From Laetmonice hystrix (lineage: Eukaryota): 64,000 bases of DNA. A program made the translations under genes and the position numbers. Shown here one piece after another: positions 21,701 through 35,482 of the stretch. The stretch lies in contig OZ249436.1 of assembly GCA_965235115.1 (NCBI GenBank), positions 69,192,001-69,256,000 of the forward strand. Direction: 5' to 3'. Position 1 is the stretch's first letter. Each line of letters begins with the position of its first letter. The notes under the pieces are model-generated. The model was not told where the DNA came from, did no database searches, and was given only the letters and a program-made list of their open reading frames with translations.

Positions 21701-24700
21701 TACTTCTGACCAAAAGATCGAGACAAAGGTAATTTTCACTAGAAGCCCGTCGTAAGGGTTGTTTGAGAACAAGGAAGCTTGGGTTGTTGCCCCGAATGAC
21801 AAAGAGTTTACTTTAACGTTTACGCTTCAGTGTTTTTTAAAGTGTTGAAAGTAACGGTTATAATATGCTTGTATCTGTTTTAAATATAAGGTCCGAGTAT
21901 AACTGTAAATCCAACTATTTGAATGTTGTATTATTTACCCCTAATCCCTTAGCCTTTTACCCTTAACGTTTACAGTCAAGGTCGTTACATTAGCAAGGAC
22001 TTTGTAAACTGACTGTGAATGCCATATATGTAAAATATTTACTTCAAGAGAAACGTTAATAGTTGGTATTGTGGTCACATATAAATCAAGTTCTGTGCCT
22101 TACCTGTTGTCCTTTGGTGACCTTCTGAAGGTGGTCTGAACTACAGGAAAGGTCAAGGATGATCTGTAATATACTTTATGAAGGGACCTTGTCGTGTTAC
22201 CGCCCCTGGCACCAGTTTCATGGCTGCCTGTTGTTTGGTGAAGATTCTCGTGTAAAACTAACGGGACATTGAGTAACTACCACGCCCCTGGCAACTTTTA
22301 ATGGGAAATCTCAACCCACACGACCAACTGCTTGTCCAAACGGAGAACGGTAATTGTAAAGATGCGATAGGTCACGGCTAACAATGTGTTTGGTTCGATA
22401 ACTTGGTGTCGTCTGCCAAATCAACGGGAACTACTTTCAGGACCACATATTGACTATGTATAGCATACAGCATGTCTGTGAGTAAGCCTATAAGGTGTCT
22501 GGAACGAAGTCTCAAATTAGGTCACTGATTTTCACATGAACGATGTTTTGTAGCCTGTAAGGCTTCCTTTTTCCCCCAACATCACTTGACAGATTCATAG
22601 ATGACTGTTAGGAACATGACGTGTCAGGGAGCATTCATTATATCATGAGCGGTTGGAGTACCGTAATGGTTTCTCCGCAGTCTGTGCCATGACAGAGACA
22701 CATTCCATCCTGATCTTAGGTCGGAAAACATGACAGGCGCAGCAGCTGGGCTCTACATGTTCACGCAAATATCCTCTCAGCTTTCTTTGAGATTCTTTGA
22801 GATAAAATTCAACACTAATCACTATCATTAGGCGTCTTACTTCATCTTAAGTCTCATTTGAATTCTGTGCTATATGGTTCGGCATGTTCATATTATAAGG
22901 CCCAGTCCACCACTTGGCGTCAAAAGCCCTTTGTAGAACATTGTCATGTCAGAACTTTTTACTCAAATCTGTCAAGAGAAGAATCTATCGACCACATGTT
23001 GGATCTACTTGGCGTTCTTTCACCGTGAGGGGTTAGCTCCTTTTTTTCGACGTGTGAAAGCCTCAGCATTGTAGAACCAAGAGAACCGCGAATTCATTGT
23101 GATCAAACGTCAAAATACGAGAGCCTTACAAAAAAAAACTGACCCTCGTAGTGTCACGTTCATACAGTTACATACCAAAAACACGATGGAATTCTTTGTG
23201 TCATGTTATTTGCAATAAGGCACACATGCTAGACTAGTCGAGAGCGGGAGAAAGACGACTTTACAGGAGCGCAGATTTCTAACTTTTCTTATCGGTAGGC
23301 GCGCAGATCTTGCACGCCTTGACGTAATATTAGTCTCGCATTATTGCGCAAGTGCAATTGCGCGCCTCAAAAGAAAAGGCCAATTTCATCCCATTGTTCA
23401 GTGGTCCAAAAGGTGACCTCCATGTAACAATAGGCCACCCTTTCCGGAGGTGTTTTCGCAGTCAATGCTCAGCTCTCAGCGGCGAAATTCGAACGGTCAC
23501 GATGGGCTAAATATAGACATGATCTATGACGTCATCGGGCATTACGTCATTAGTCCTTGGAGTTCTGCCAAACGTCAAGATGTGAAACACAGACAAGCCA
23601 ACTTTCAACAAACCTAAATTAACTAGACCGTATTTATAACGGCGATTGCCCCATGTACATTGGAACGTAAACCGGTTATAGTTTTATATAGGCCTATAGA
23701 CAAGCGTGCCCTGATGGAGTGTACCACACGCGGCAGCCACCAGGGGGCCGTCTGTGGCATGTCGTGAATGTGCCAACACCCGGCGCTTACGTTACGACAC
23801 GCGCCATCACTCTCGTTCGGTCATCTGCTCAAAATGGTGGTTGGCGCGATGCTCTCACTGACTTAGGACCGCCATACACGTTCGACTGTTTAGTTGCAGA
23901 CAGTCGCCAACTAAATAGTCGGTGGTAGTCGCAGACGTGTTCCGGACTGACCGATGTGCTTACACGTTACAATAGCTCACGACTACTTAGTTGTGAGAGG
24001 GGGCGTGACCCTGGCGGCAGTTAGTACAGGCATTAAATCCTGTAGGAGGAACAACTTTGAGTTGACAGAGCTGCAAGAACTCAGAAAGCCATGCTTCTCC
24101 CACTTTAAGGAGTTAATGTCAACCAATTAATAGAACTATACGCTCGATGGTCCATGTTGCCAACTGAGTGATAGTCACATGACCAAGTCACATGGTCGTC
24201 TGATTGGGGCGCTCTGATTGGCTGATCGAACGTTCCACAACCAGTCGTAAGGCTTCAACCAACCCGACCAAACAGTTGGTTGAAGTTATTCAGCATGTCA
24301 AATAACCTACGACTACAACCAATCGTTTGATTGGCTACAGTCTGGAGTAACTTAATTACAACATCCCATGGCGAATGGAGAATATTGTACAGTTTGATGA
24401 GTAGCCCTTGCCACAAACACGCCCTCTACCGGGCGTGTCTGGCTGCGGGTCCCTCCACGCAGCACATCCGGTATAGTTCTTTTTACCCGGCAACTCTCAT
24501 GCACAGTCGATTCTTGGGTAATTGGTTCTTTGCAATGTCGAGAAGCTTTCATTACGCGTCTCTTCTTTTCTTCTTTCTCTATGTTTTTCAGATATATCTC
24601 TTTTCAAAAAGATTTTCCTACTGATTCTTTTGTTCCTTTTTCTTGTTTTCTTGCCTCTTTTTCCTTTCACAAACAAGTTTACACTTATTTCTACCACACG

Positions 24701-24889
24701 ACATTTGTGCGGCGCTGTGTGGCCTCAAGCGGTGTTGCCAGGTGGAAGCGCCGTAGATAGTCATTTGGACACTGACCCAAGCCTTATGGCGCCCATTGGC
24801 CTGTAACAAAAACACCGGCGTTGTTTCGACATTTCGCGGTAGGCTGAAGCAGTACGATATATATAGGAGCACCACATCCTTGCTCGTTT

Positions 24890-24903
24890 CCGCTAGAGGG
24901 CGC
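24890..24903 (+). promoter_or_regulatory. CTCF core-motif match upstream of BMP3
   Basis: CCGCTAGAGGGCGC fits the CCRSYAGRKGGCRS consensus; binding is inferred from motif only. Confidence 0.4.
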
Positions 24904-26344
24904 TCAGCGTGGTGCGTTTATACCAGACCCCGGATGGAGTCCAAAGCCATCTTGTCATCTAATAGATCAAGCAAACACCCAAATGATTAAATGCTAATTG
25001 GTAGGGGTTTTATGTTGTACACCTCCGAAATTATGAGGTTATAAGAAGATACGCTTGTGAGAATATTATCTGTAGAGAGTGCCATCACCTTGTGGCGCTC
25101 CTTTTTACATGATAGGCCTATGTGTATGTTACATATAGGCCTATTTCGTATACACATGTACACCCACCCTTACTTCTTCTTTCATCTCACACCTTTGTTG
25201 CAGTAAGGTTTGCTATATACATTTTAGAATGGCCTTTTTGAGGTATCATGCAAAAGGTTGTTTGGTCGGCAATTAGCAACATTGATAAACGACGTATGTG
25301 CAACATTCCAATAACAGTTACCTACTGTTTCCGGACCATTTAACCATTCATCTTTGTGTGAGTGTATCTGGGTGCGGTTGTGCCCCCCCCCCTCCCCCTC
25401 CCCCCGAAAAACACGGATAAAATTGTCATGAGAGAATTATCCATCCTTGTCGGCAAACAGCGTGCCGTGAACTGTGAGCTGATTATTCTCGTTCCCGGGT
25501 TCCAACACACGGCCGATCTCTGAGTCGACAATACGATCTGAGAGCGGCAGATATCGTACATAACGTTCATGCTCCATGGTCACTCTACCAGCAGGCTGCA
25601 GCCCGCCGCAGGACGTTTGCCAGCTCGAGCAGGGCCACTACTCAATGTTATCTCTGATGGCATCAAGGACAGACTGTGCGTCCAGGCCGGTGACCGTGAA
25701 CGACACATACTGCAGGCCAGAGTGGCAACCTACCTCTGCCACTCTACTATACATGTATAGTGTTGCTTTCACAGTTTGAGAGACATACTTTATAAATTAA
25801 TACTTTTTTTACGATGCATATTTTTTTTCAGACTTTAGACCTTGGTTGACCTTCCTTCATAAACCCCGCCCGAAATGCCCTGGGAGAAAAATCTGAAATA
25901 GGATGAAGGGGGCAAGAGGGCTATAGGATTGCGTGAATTGTAGTGTGCTTGGTGTTTGTGTATGTCCATGCGTAACGTAATTCAGTTGTATGTGAAAAGT
26001 TACATTCTCGGCATTCCCATACACACCTTGTCTGTATGCGTATGTTTGTCTGTGAGTATAAGGATCCATTCATACATGTCTCCATTCTATTGTATGTATA
26101 ATGTTTGTATGCATCGTATGGAGCGGGATGTAATCTATATACGTGTATTTCCCTATGGATGTACAGTATATAGTACCGCTACTCTTTACGACAATATCAC
26201 ATCGATCTTAGACGTCTCTACGAAAGCAGGTAAGCAAGCACGCGCTCTGAGATTAACTCGTCATTCATAAAACGATACAAATAAATCCTTGAGGAAACCA
26301 TTCACCGGTTAGGTCAACCACCCGTATGTTGAGCTACCATGCTC

Positions 26345-26350
26345 TCTCTT

Positions 26351-26415
<65 letters not shown>
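26345..26415. repeat. (CT)n microsatellite
   Basis: About 35 CT units. Confidence 0.95.
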
Positions 26416-26419
<4 letters not shown>

Positions 26420-27309
26420 CACTCACAGGCATGTTATGTGATTAGTCGATGATTTTTGTACAGGAGGCAGTAAAGATGTTATCTGCGCCGTATCAACACC
26501 ACAGAACTAAGAAAGAATTGCGAACCTTTAAGGCGCTTACCTTAAAAGGGAACATAATGGCAGGCCCTGAAAATGAACCCTCGATCTTATCGTCAGCACA
26601 ACAGTCCTCTATCTGGCGCTTACCGTCTGGCATTCCGGCCTTCTATCCATTATTTGTCTACCGTCTATTGTTAGCTGTATGCCAGCACAGGTGGGGTTCT
26701 AAACATTTTAGCCAGCTCAAGGGGATGCGTTGCCTCATTATCCCCACCTCCATATCATTATCTACTTACCTCAGTCGACTCTACTAAAACGTACTAGTTG
26801 CTTCAGTGAAAAATGGTCCATTTATCGGCACCTCTGCCGACTAAATTGCCCATATATACCTGGCCCCACACGATCTGCGTCAAGGTTTTTAACAGATGGG
26901 ATATAATTGCCATGAGTTTCGATCTTAACCCCCTTGTTTGGTCAGAAGTCAATTTGAAGGAGTAAGTTCTAAATGTCATGGTAACAAGGTGGCGTACATT
27001 ATAGTACAGGTTATTATATGGAAACATTATGCGTGAGATTATAGCCGTCTGAATATAATATACAACTTGGAGTCACAATGAAGTTGGCGTCAGTTATCAT
27101 GATTCCGGGATTCTGATTCACCGACTCCGTCAATCAATCCCTCGCTCACTCATGCAGCCACATATTAACCCATTCACTCACTACATGTATAGGCCTATAC
27201 ATAGGCCTACTGCTCGTCCCTAAAGAGGAAATAAACGTCCCTGCAACGGTGAACCATGAGCATCCGTTACAGAAGCCATCCACCAGTTCTTCCTCTAATC
27301 ACATTCATG

Positions 27310-27428
27310 CAGATGGCTTCGGATTCAATCGAAATCAGATGGCTTCGGATTCAATCGAAATCAGATGGCTTCGGTTTCAATCGAAATCAGGTGGCTTCGG
27401 TTTCAATCGAAATCAGGTGGCTTCGGTT
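27310..27428. repeat. 26-bp tandem repeat, ~4.5 copies
   Basis: cagatggcttcggattcaatcgaaat and variants. Confidence 0.9.
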
Positions 27429-28005
27429 TTAATAAAAACCCAGATGTCGTAACTGCATGTATGAGGACAGGTATACTGTATTTATCCATGAGATTACATC
27501 CGCTCATTTCCCATCACGTAGATTGACACGTATATTAACACTTAATGTGTCAATTATCTCATTTTCACCCCGACATTATGCCATAGACCACACTTAGTGC
27601 CCACGTAGTCTTGGCATGGACATGATTCACAAGATAAGGGTTCTGCACAAGTTCGATAAATTCACTTGTTTCACTATGCTGAATGTGAAATATGTAAATT
27701 TGTTGTGAGGCCAACAAAACAGTTCAGACCTCTAATAAGTTAACATGCTTGGATTAAGCATGCATAAAAACCTATTTACTTTGAAGAGTTGAAATTTAAT
27801 TTGCTTGGCCATATGGCACCGGGGGAATGTGTCATAACTCAATGTGACTGTCTGGTCGTGGTCATTAATAATAAACGAACGTACACGTATCTGCTATCGT
27901 CTGCATAACGTTACGTCATTACGTGATGACGTACGCCGGAACGGACATTCGTCCTGCGGGGTTGACGCAAGTGCCGCGTGGATATGAATATCCACTTGGA
28001 TATCC

Positions 28006-28073
28006 ATATCCGCGTGGATATGGATATCCATATCCATATCCATGGATATGGATATCCATATCCACGCGGATAT
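28006..28073. repeat. Palindrome built from GGATAT/ATATCC hexamers
   Basis: atatccgcgtggatatggatatcc...ggatatccatatccacgcggatat is self-complementary apart from one hexamer offset. Confidence 0.85.
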
Positions 28074-31000
28074 GTGAGCAACAGAAGGTAGATCGCTTGA
28101 CGGAATGACAAGGGACGGTTGAAAATATGATCGGCCTATTGACATATTGTAGTTATCGTCCAATCTCACACGAATTAATCTACCCTGTTTAACATGAACT
28201 ATGCAGAGCCGGCTTAACTTTACCTCGCAGAAAGGCCTGATCAAAATGATAAGACCTCGTTAATTGATCTTCTCATTTAATGCCAAATGCAACATACATA
28301 CATGTATGACTCACCAGTGCAATCCTTTCAAGTCCTTTCTCTGCATGTCCTATTTGCGTGGTTTAAGTATTACAATATGAGATGTTTATCATTATGTGTG
28401 CTGTAATCGACCAGGCCTGACTCTCGTCTGAGAGAATTCCTGGCTTAATCCTGATTTTAAAAAAGATACCACGGGATCACAAGCTTCTTTCACAAAGGAA
28501 CTTACCAGCATAACCCGGACAGAATAATCCCCGGCAGCATCATCGTGGCCGCGATAGCTTTTCTACATTTCAGCGAATCATGGGCTCGTCACTAAATACT
28601 ACAACTGGGTTTCCGCTGTTACACTGGTAATAAAGTAAAGGTCTAATAACGCCACACTGTCCAGTCCTGTCCATTTGCCCTTCAATTATTAAAAGCGTTA
28701 AGCCAGGAATCAATGTGTCCGTTGTGCGTATTGAGTAGTGTATAATCAAAACATTGAAACACGCATTACGCACTATGCACAAATGGAATTACTCCAACTT
28801 GTTTTCATTGAATTTGATGAATACGCATTACGCACTACGCATTACGCATTACGCCCACACTACGTACACATGGATTCCTGTCTTTTACCCGTTCTAGACC
28901 GGCCAATAGGCCTACATACAACCTAAAGGGACCTCACCAGCCCCATACCGTGATCTCCAAGTGCCCCAACCTTTGGATACAGAAGCGATATGATGAATAA
29001 AAGAAGCAAGGCCTTCGGAAGTTAAGCTATACGCAGCTTCCTGGACTGTCCTCCCACAGGTTATAATAGGAAAGAAAATCGCCATCGAAAGCCTTTCACG
29101 AGTCTCTACTGCGGTATCGAAACTGGTAATTATAAAGCTTCCACTTACGTTGAGACCGAAAATTTCCTGCAAGCTGCAAGTAAAGAGCCGTTGGCCTGGG
29201 GGTGATGATTGATCGGGTAGTATAGGCCTACAGTGTCCATAGGGGAGGGTTACGACGATCAGGTAAGTCAGATAAGAACTAAAATTAAACTGTGACACCC
29301 TCATTAGTTCGCTGTCAGTTCAGGAGTCACGATATGCCTATAGAGACCAACTCCACTCGGGGTAGACTGTGGTCGGGTATGTCAGACAGGTGAATCAAGG
29401 TTTGTGGACTCCCGGGTTATACCCTCCCTGAGGACAATCTCCGCCTAAAGCCTGAAGCCACCGCCTGAGTGGATAAAAGTGCTGGTCCCAGTTGAAGTTT
29501 TGGTTGCCGTGGGGCCCCTACCGTGGGGCAACGCATCGAGTTCGGAGAAAATTTATTTATAAAGAGGGAAGGGGGCAGGGGAACTGATGCGCACATCTAG
29601 AGTGATTGCCGATTGCTAATCAGATAGGCAACGGTCTTGCCGCCTGCAAACACTCCCTCGATTGTGCTTTGAAAGTGTTCACCACCAGCCAAATCGGCAA
29701 AGATGGGTTGCAACACGACGCTAAATCAACCCGAGGGGAGGCAGGAGAGCTTGAAATCACCCCCACCTCCACCACCACCCCCATATCTCGGAATATGTAT
29801 ACGCACATGTGTCAGCATACACGGTTAACTTGAAGTGTTTAGATACATGGCGGATGGAAGTGGTTTTCAGTGAACTGTAGCCCCGTAACGACGTCGTTCA
29901 TCAAAACGTTGCGTAGTAACGTTACGGTCCTGCTATCAGTGAGCGTAGGGCGCGTCACCAGCCGACGGCTGGGTGCTGGGTCCCTTGTTTAAAAGGGCCA
30001 CACTTTGACAAACACTTTCCACAGAACAGGACCTGAAATTGTCCAACAGCTCACTGGTGGAGCAATCATAAGTGAACGGCCAGCTTTCCCCAATAGGAGG
30101 AGCGAGAGCTTCTGCCTACAAAGGTGAATGTTCTCTAACAAGACAACGCTTCGGTGGGCATGCCCTTTCTGACATTACCTTAATTACTGGATAATCACCT
30201 TTCAAAATAATTCCTACCTACAGTGGTTATTAACTGCCTATAAAAGGCCTGGCCTACATGTTTACGGTCCTGCAGGCAACAGAAGTTCTGACCGTGCTCG
30301 CCCGAGCGCGCGTGTGTGCAGGCCAAACTACACAAGTCCACGCCCTGCAGGATGGGGGCACCACACCCAACAACACGCGCACTTTGAGATAAACACGCGC
30401 ACTCCAACGCGCATTCTACGGGGTCCCTGCACAGCCAGATCCACTTGCCGACTTGCAGCAGGCCTCGGACCACCGCGGCCAGGAATGAGGAGTGCAGTCA
30501 CTGGTCCTCCATAGACAAGTGAGCACTGCTGTAGTATACAAATACAGACACACACGACATCGACCAGCTGTCAAGGACTTCTATTGGTTGAGTTCGGCAT
30601 GATAACCATAAGCGAGCCTGTCATGCTTCGCCGTTTGTCAGCGTGCAAGACGCCGCCTGTGTCCGTGTCCTGGGCTGTCCAAGCTGTCACATACGTCATC
30701 TAGAGACTGAGTGCACGTGGTGGCCAGTAGAATCCCATTCACACATAGCTGACCGTTTGCCAGGATACGGACACGGCGGTTGGTGGCGCTCCAAGCAGTC
30801 AGCGGTCCACAGGCGTGGAGCAGTCTGAGGGACAAACCGAAGGGACGGTGTCGGCGTGGTCAGTATACAGGATGGTGTTGATGATACGGCAGTCGTGAGC
30901 CTTGGCCGTACCGTGCAGGACCATTGGCCAACATAAGGCGGCGTGTAGAGCTTGGTGAACTTTCTCCCACGAGGCCTGACTGGAAGCAGCAGCAGCCATC

Positions 31001-31393
31001 GGCGGCCACCCCCCTGTAGGCTACGAGCAGAACCCCAGTGGGTTCGCGCCAGTCTCTATGGGTTGAGGTGTAGCTCAGAACCAGCGTGTAGCGCAGGCCA
31101 ACTTAAAGCAACGATACAACTTGGTGGACTTGGTGGACTTCACTTCTCGGATTATGTACTTTTTACCCAATGGTTGACCACAACGGAACACGACTTCTGC
31201 ATTGGGTGAACTTGAAGTGGAAAAATACCGAATCGACTCGTACCGAACCTTGATGTGAAGTTCGGCAGAGGGAGTTCGGCCGACGGTGCCTCGTTTATCG
31301 AGTTGTGCACACAATACCAAGACAATTTTTTTCTTTCGAAGGAAGCACAGGGAAATACGTTTGTTTGTTACTGGTAATATCAAAGTGACGGCA

Positions 31394-31745
31394 ATGGAGG
31401 CGCGAGTAGTGTTAACGTGTTGGCTTCTAGTGGTGTTGGTGGTTCTTGCTATGCCAAGCCCAGCCAGAGCCAGGAAAGTACGATCAGGCACAACGCCACT
31501 CAGCAAGAAACAAACAATCGCTCTTCATCACGCCGTCAAGAAACTGCTGGGGTTCCATGAGTTACCCCATAAGATGGACGAGGGTTCGGTGGGGTTTGAG
31601 GGAGCCGTACCTCCCCATCGTGTCAAGTCCAACAGTCTCTCCCCGCCCCAGTATATGCTCGATCTGTACGAGCGCTACAAGTACAGTGCCATCTCTAATG
31701 GCAAGCTGACGGGTAACACCGTCAGGTGTATCAATGCTGATATAG
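31394..31745 (+). CDS. BMP3: BMP3/GDF10-like TGF-beta ligand, exon 1 (signal peptide + N-terminal prodomain)
   Basis: MEARVVLTCWLLVVLVVLAMPSPARA signal peptide; PPQYMLDLY and GNTVRC prodomain motifs; G|gtgagt phase-1 donor. Confidence 0.92.
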
Positions 31746-33472
31746 GTGAGTCCTTACTGACTTGTTTCTACATAGATTCACATGTGTCATTCTTAGCTAT
31801 ATGTTTGGTGGGATACAATGAGCACTATATGTTATCATTATAATTATACAACTGATTTCAGGGGTTCTCCCTTTAATTGCATGCAAACATCCACCCCTTA
31901 CTGTAACAGATCCTTCATTCAGTTTAACGGTGACGTTGGATAAGTAAGCGTAAGCCAGTTTCGATCTGGCAATGCGTTTTTGGCAGTGAAAGATGTGCAG
32001 TTTTGAGGAGAAAGTGTGGATTGACAGATACTGGTAGAAATCCACCTGTAACTCTGTCCCTGGCAACCAGTCCTTGTGTGATCGCAACATTCGCGTAACC
32101 AACGCCAGCATCTGCAATGGATCAACACCTACTTTGCCAAAGAACGTCGCAAAAAAAGTGGTGATTTCTCTTGTGAATACAAGACTTAAGTGCATGTTTG
32201 TTTGAGTGTATAGAACACATGTATAAGATGAGAAAAGTCTTGCCTTGGATTAACCTGTAAGTTTAATAGATAATCCGGCCCTATATAAGTATACGTGATC
32301 AGGGGTCTCGATAACAAATCGGCGTCGAAATGCATACATCTGGCCCAAGCTGGTAGACATGTAGAACTTCTATACAATGGTGTCATGAACTCAATCAGAC
32401 ATGCATGGGTTTAATATATAATAATTAAGTGTAGAAAGTTTACCATTGTTTATGTTATAGGTAGAGAAGGTATAACGATAGAGTAAATCTAACGGCTCCA
32501 ATAGTTGCGGTGTATAGTGTGTGTGTGGGCATGTTAGCATGGTTGACGGGCGCAGGGTGAGGGGGTGAGCTGAGGGTCAAGGCTCTGGTCCAGTTGCTGA
32601 TATTGTATGAAATATTTATGTAGTTCATGGCCGCCAGTCTCAAATCAAGCATCGGATTTCTGGGGGCTGGGGTTTGGGGTTGGGGGTGGTTGGCGTACCG
32701 CGAATTCCCCCGGTCAGCAAACCCCGTAAACTAAAGGTCCTCCCTCGACGCCGGGGTAAACTCCTGCGATTGGGGTACAACCTTTGAAGAGAATTTGTAA
32801 CACCTGTGGGGAAAGCGGTGGATTGGGAAGGCCACGTCAACTGGTGATATCGTGTGATCAGATGCAGGCCCCGTGATCAAAATACGGGCTTGGCAGTGGT
32901 CACTCCATACTACAAGTGACAGGCGGGCCGGTACATGCGCCTGTTTCTATAACCCAGGTCGGCTCTGGCCTTCCCCGGCCGGGAGTCAGAGCCCGGGGTG
33001 CCCGCCCGCCAACCAGCCAGGCTCTCGTTCATTGTACGCGGCCGTACGGTGGGCGGGCGGACCCCGGCGGGCCCTATGTATACAGACGGCCCGCGCCACG
33101 CGCGCTGCCGCATGTCGGCCGTGCGGCGAACTGCGCGTGTTTTGACATTCTATACCATCAACATCGTCCGTGACACACTGCCTCCCGACCTTGTCACGTG
33201 TGTTCTCCCATCCACTCCACCCCTACCCGATCCAACCCCAACCCTCACCAAACCCCTACAACCTGAGCACCGCAAACTTTGAGCCCCCCCCCCCCCCCGT
33301 AGAAGATATATACTTGAGATGTTTAGAGTTGAAGTGGATCCCAGTTCGACCCGTGATTCAACCGTCCACACCCCTCCATTGGAGGACTCAAGGCGGCCTT
33401 CATAAACAGATCCTTCGCTGGGTCTGAGAACGTTGTTAGCTTGATGAAAACATTCCGGTTTGAGCCCACATA

Positions 33473-33790
33473 CATCGTCAGAGATCATTGCCCATATAAC
33501 ACCGAACTCTACAATATCCCTATAGTTATTCAGCGAGTCGTTCGAGCACACAGACATCGTCAGAGATCATTGCTGATATAACACCGAACTCTACAATATC
33601 CCTATAGTTATTCAGCGAGTCGTTCGAGCACACAGACATCGTCAGAGATCATTGCCCATATAACACCGAACTCTACAATATCCCTATAGTTATTCAGCGA
33701 GTCGTTCGAGCACACAGACATCGTCAGAGATCATTGCCCATATAACACCGAACTCTACAATATCCCTATAGTTATTCAGCGAGTCGTTCG
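33473..33790. repeat. 82-bp tandem repeat, ~4 copies
   Basis: catcgtcagagatc starts at 33473, 33555, 33637 and 33719. Confidence 0.95.
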
Positions 33791-34118
33791 ACCGTGTAGA
33801 CCCCCTATATAGGCCTACATGTGTATAGTTGTACTTTATACATTTTTGCGCCCTCTTAATTACTCAGATCGCCTCTAGACCGTATAGAAACTAATTACAT
33901 GTATTATCTCGCTCATGTAATATGATAAACATGCGTGTGTTGGGTAAATAAAATACATGCATGACGAAGATTTGAATTCAACTCTGATAGACTTCGGACG
34001 AGCGGCAAGAAGTTGGAAGTGGACCTGTGTGCATTATCGTCACAACGAAGGCGGAGAAAGTGTAATGGGTGTTTAGATAAAGGACTTTGACTATGGGCGA
34101 AGGAGCAGGAGAATTAAG

Positions 34119-34251
34119 NNNNNNNNNNNNNNNNNNNNNNNNNNNNNNNNNNNNNNNNNNNNNNNNNNNNNNNNNNNNNNNNNNNNNNNNNNNNNNNNNN
34201 NNNNNNNNNNNNNNNNNNNNNNNNNNNNNNNNNNNNNNNNNNNNNNNNNNN
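34119..34251. other. Assembly gap (133 N) within BMP3 intron 1
   Basis: Run of N; true intron length is uncertain. Confidence 1.
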
Positions 34252-35482
34252 GCGTATGTAGGCCTACACGGATTTGACGTTTTGCAATCAGATGATTTAA
34301 AGCTGCGTCATGGTTTCCAAACCTGTAAGAGACCAACAAGAAGAATTTTTCGTCATTTCACATTTTATAAGTCACTGACACAGACCTCTCGCAACCTTTA
34401 ACTTCCCCACCACTCCGACTCCCGTGTCAGCTTGGCCCGTCAGCCTCGGGCTTTCAGCCTGTATTAGGGAGCTACTTGAATGACTTTTTCCCGGTCAGTG
34501 GTTACTTACTGTTACGTAGATTACCAGGGGTGGGGGACAATGATTGCCGTTCTGTGGTGGCGGAGTTTACTCTAGCCCGACCCCCTAGAGCGGCACTGTC
34601 AACAGGGACAGCGGGGGAGGGGAGGGGAGGGGGTGAGGGCCAGGCCCGGGCCGGGGCGGGCCTGTCGGGCCGGGACAGGTGTGTGGAGCCCGCGGGGACC
34701 GTGCCCGCCTCCTCCCGCCCAGACACACAATGAGCGGGCCTTGTCCCGCGTGTCGTACGCCGCACGCGGGATGGCCTCCGATCAAGACATCACTCCCATT
34801 CACGACGGCCCTTTAATTAAATGTTATGACCCGCAAGAGTCAGCCAGCTGCTCGTAGTAAAGGCCAACTATTATTACCCGCTCCGGGTGCTATGCGGATC
34901 GGGTTTCGGTACCAAAATAACCCGCTGGAGCGCTGCTTCTCTATCTCTTTCTAATTCTCTCTCTTTCTCTCTAGACGTCAATTTCTTTTCATCTCTTATC
35001 CCTGTTTTTCACCTCTGGTCACGTGACGCCTCACAGGTACAAATTTGTCACGGAATAGGTCGGGTCGGTATTATCTTCTTATAGTGTGTGTCCGCACGTA
35101 GGTTTCCGTGCATGTGCCGTATATAATGTTAAGGAGAGTTCATGTTTTAAAGTTGTCTCCCTTTGAACTGGCATGGTTGGGTAGAATATCCCGACAGTGA
35201 CGGTTGACAGTGATCCACAACGGACTTGGATATATCTTGGAGGATCGTGACAGCACAACAGTTACGTGTTCCAGTCACAACATCTGGTGCACGGTAAAAA
35301 CACAAATAGTTCACTCGGTCATCTTCTCTGGGCAACATCGACCCCGATAAATCATCGATATAATTAATGTGATTAAAATAATCATTGTGGCAGGATTGTT
35401 TATAACGTGGTGGATGGCGGGACCCCCACCGTCCTACACCTGTTACTGGGGGTCCCGTAACATGGGTGGCACGTGCCACCGG

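Noticed and set aside
24331-24990. Cluster of overlapping hydrophobic/basic ORFs
   Set aside because: Produced by a T/C-rich low-complexity tract; no credible exon structure.
29490-29540. GC-rich hairpin gttgcc...ggcaac, possible HDV-like ribozyme of an RTE 5' end
   Set aside because: Could not build the nested double pseudoknot by eye and found no downstream ORF.
31286-31393. N-terminal extension of BMP3 in the ORF track
   Set aside because: Begins at a non-ATG codon; the ATG at 31394 directly precedes a clear signal peptide.
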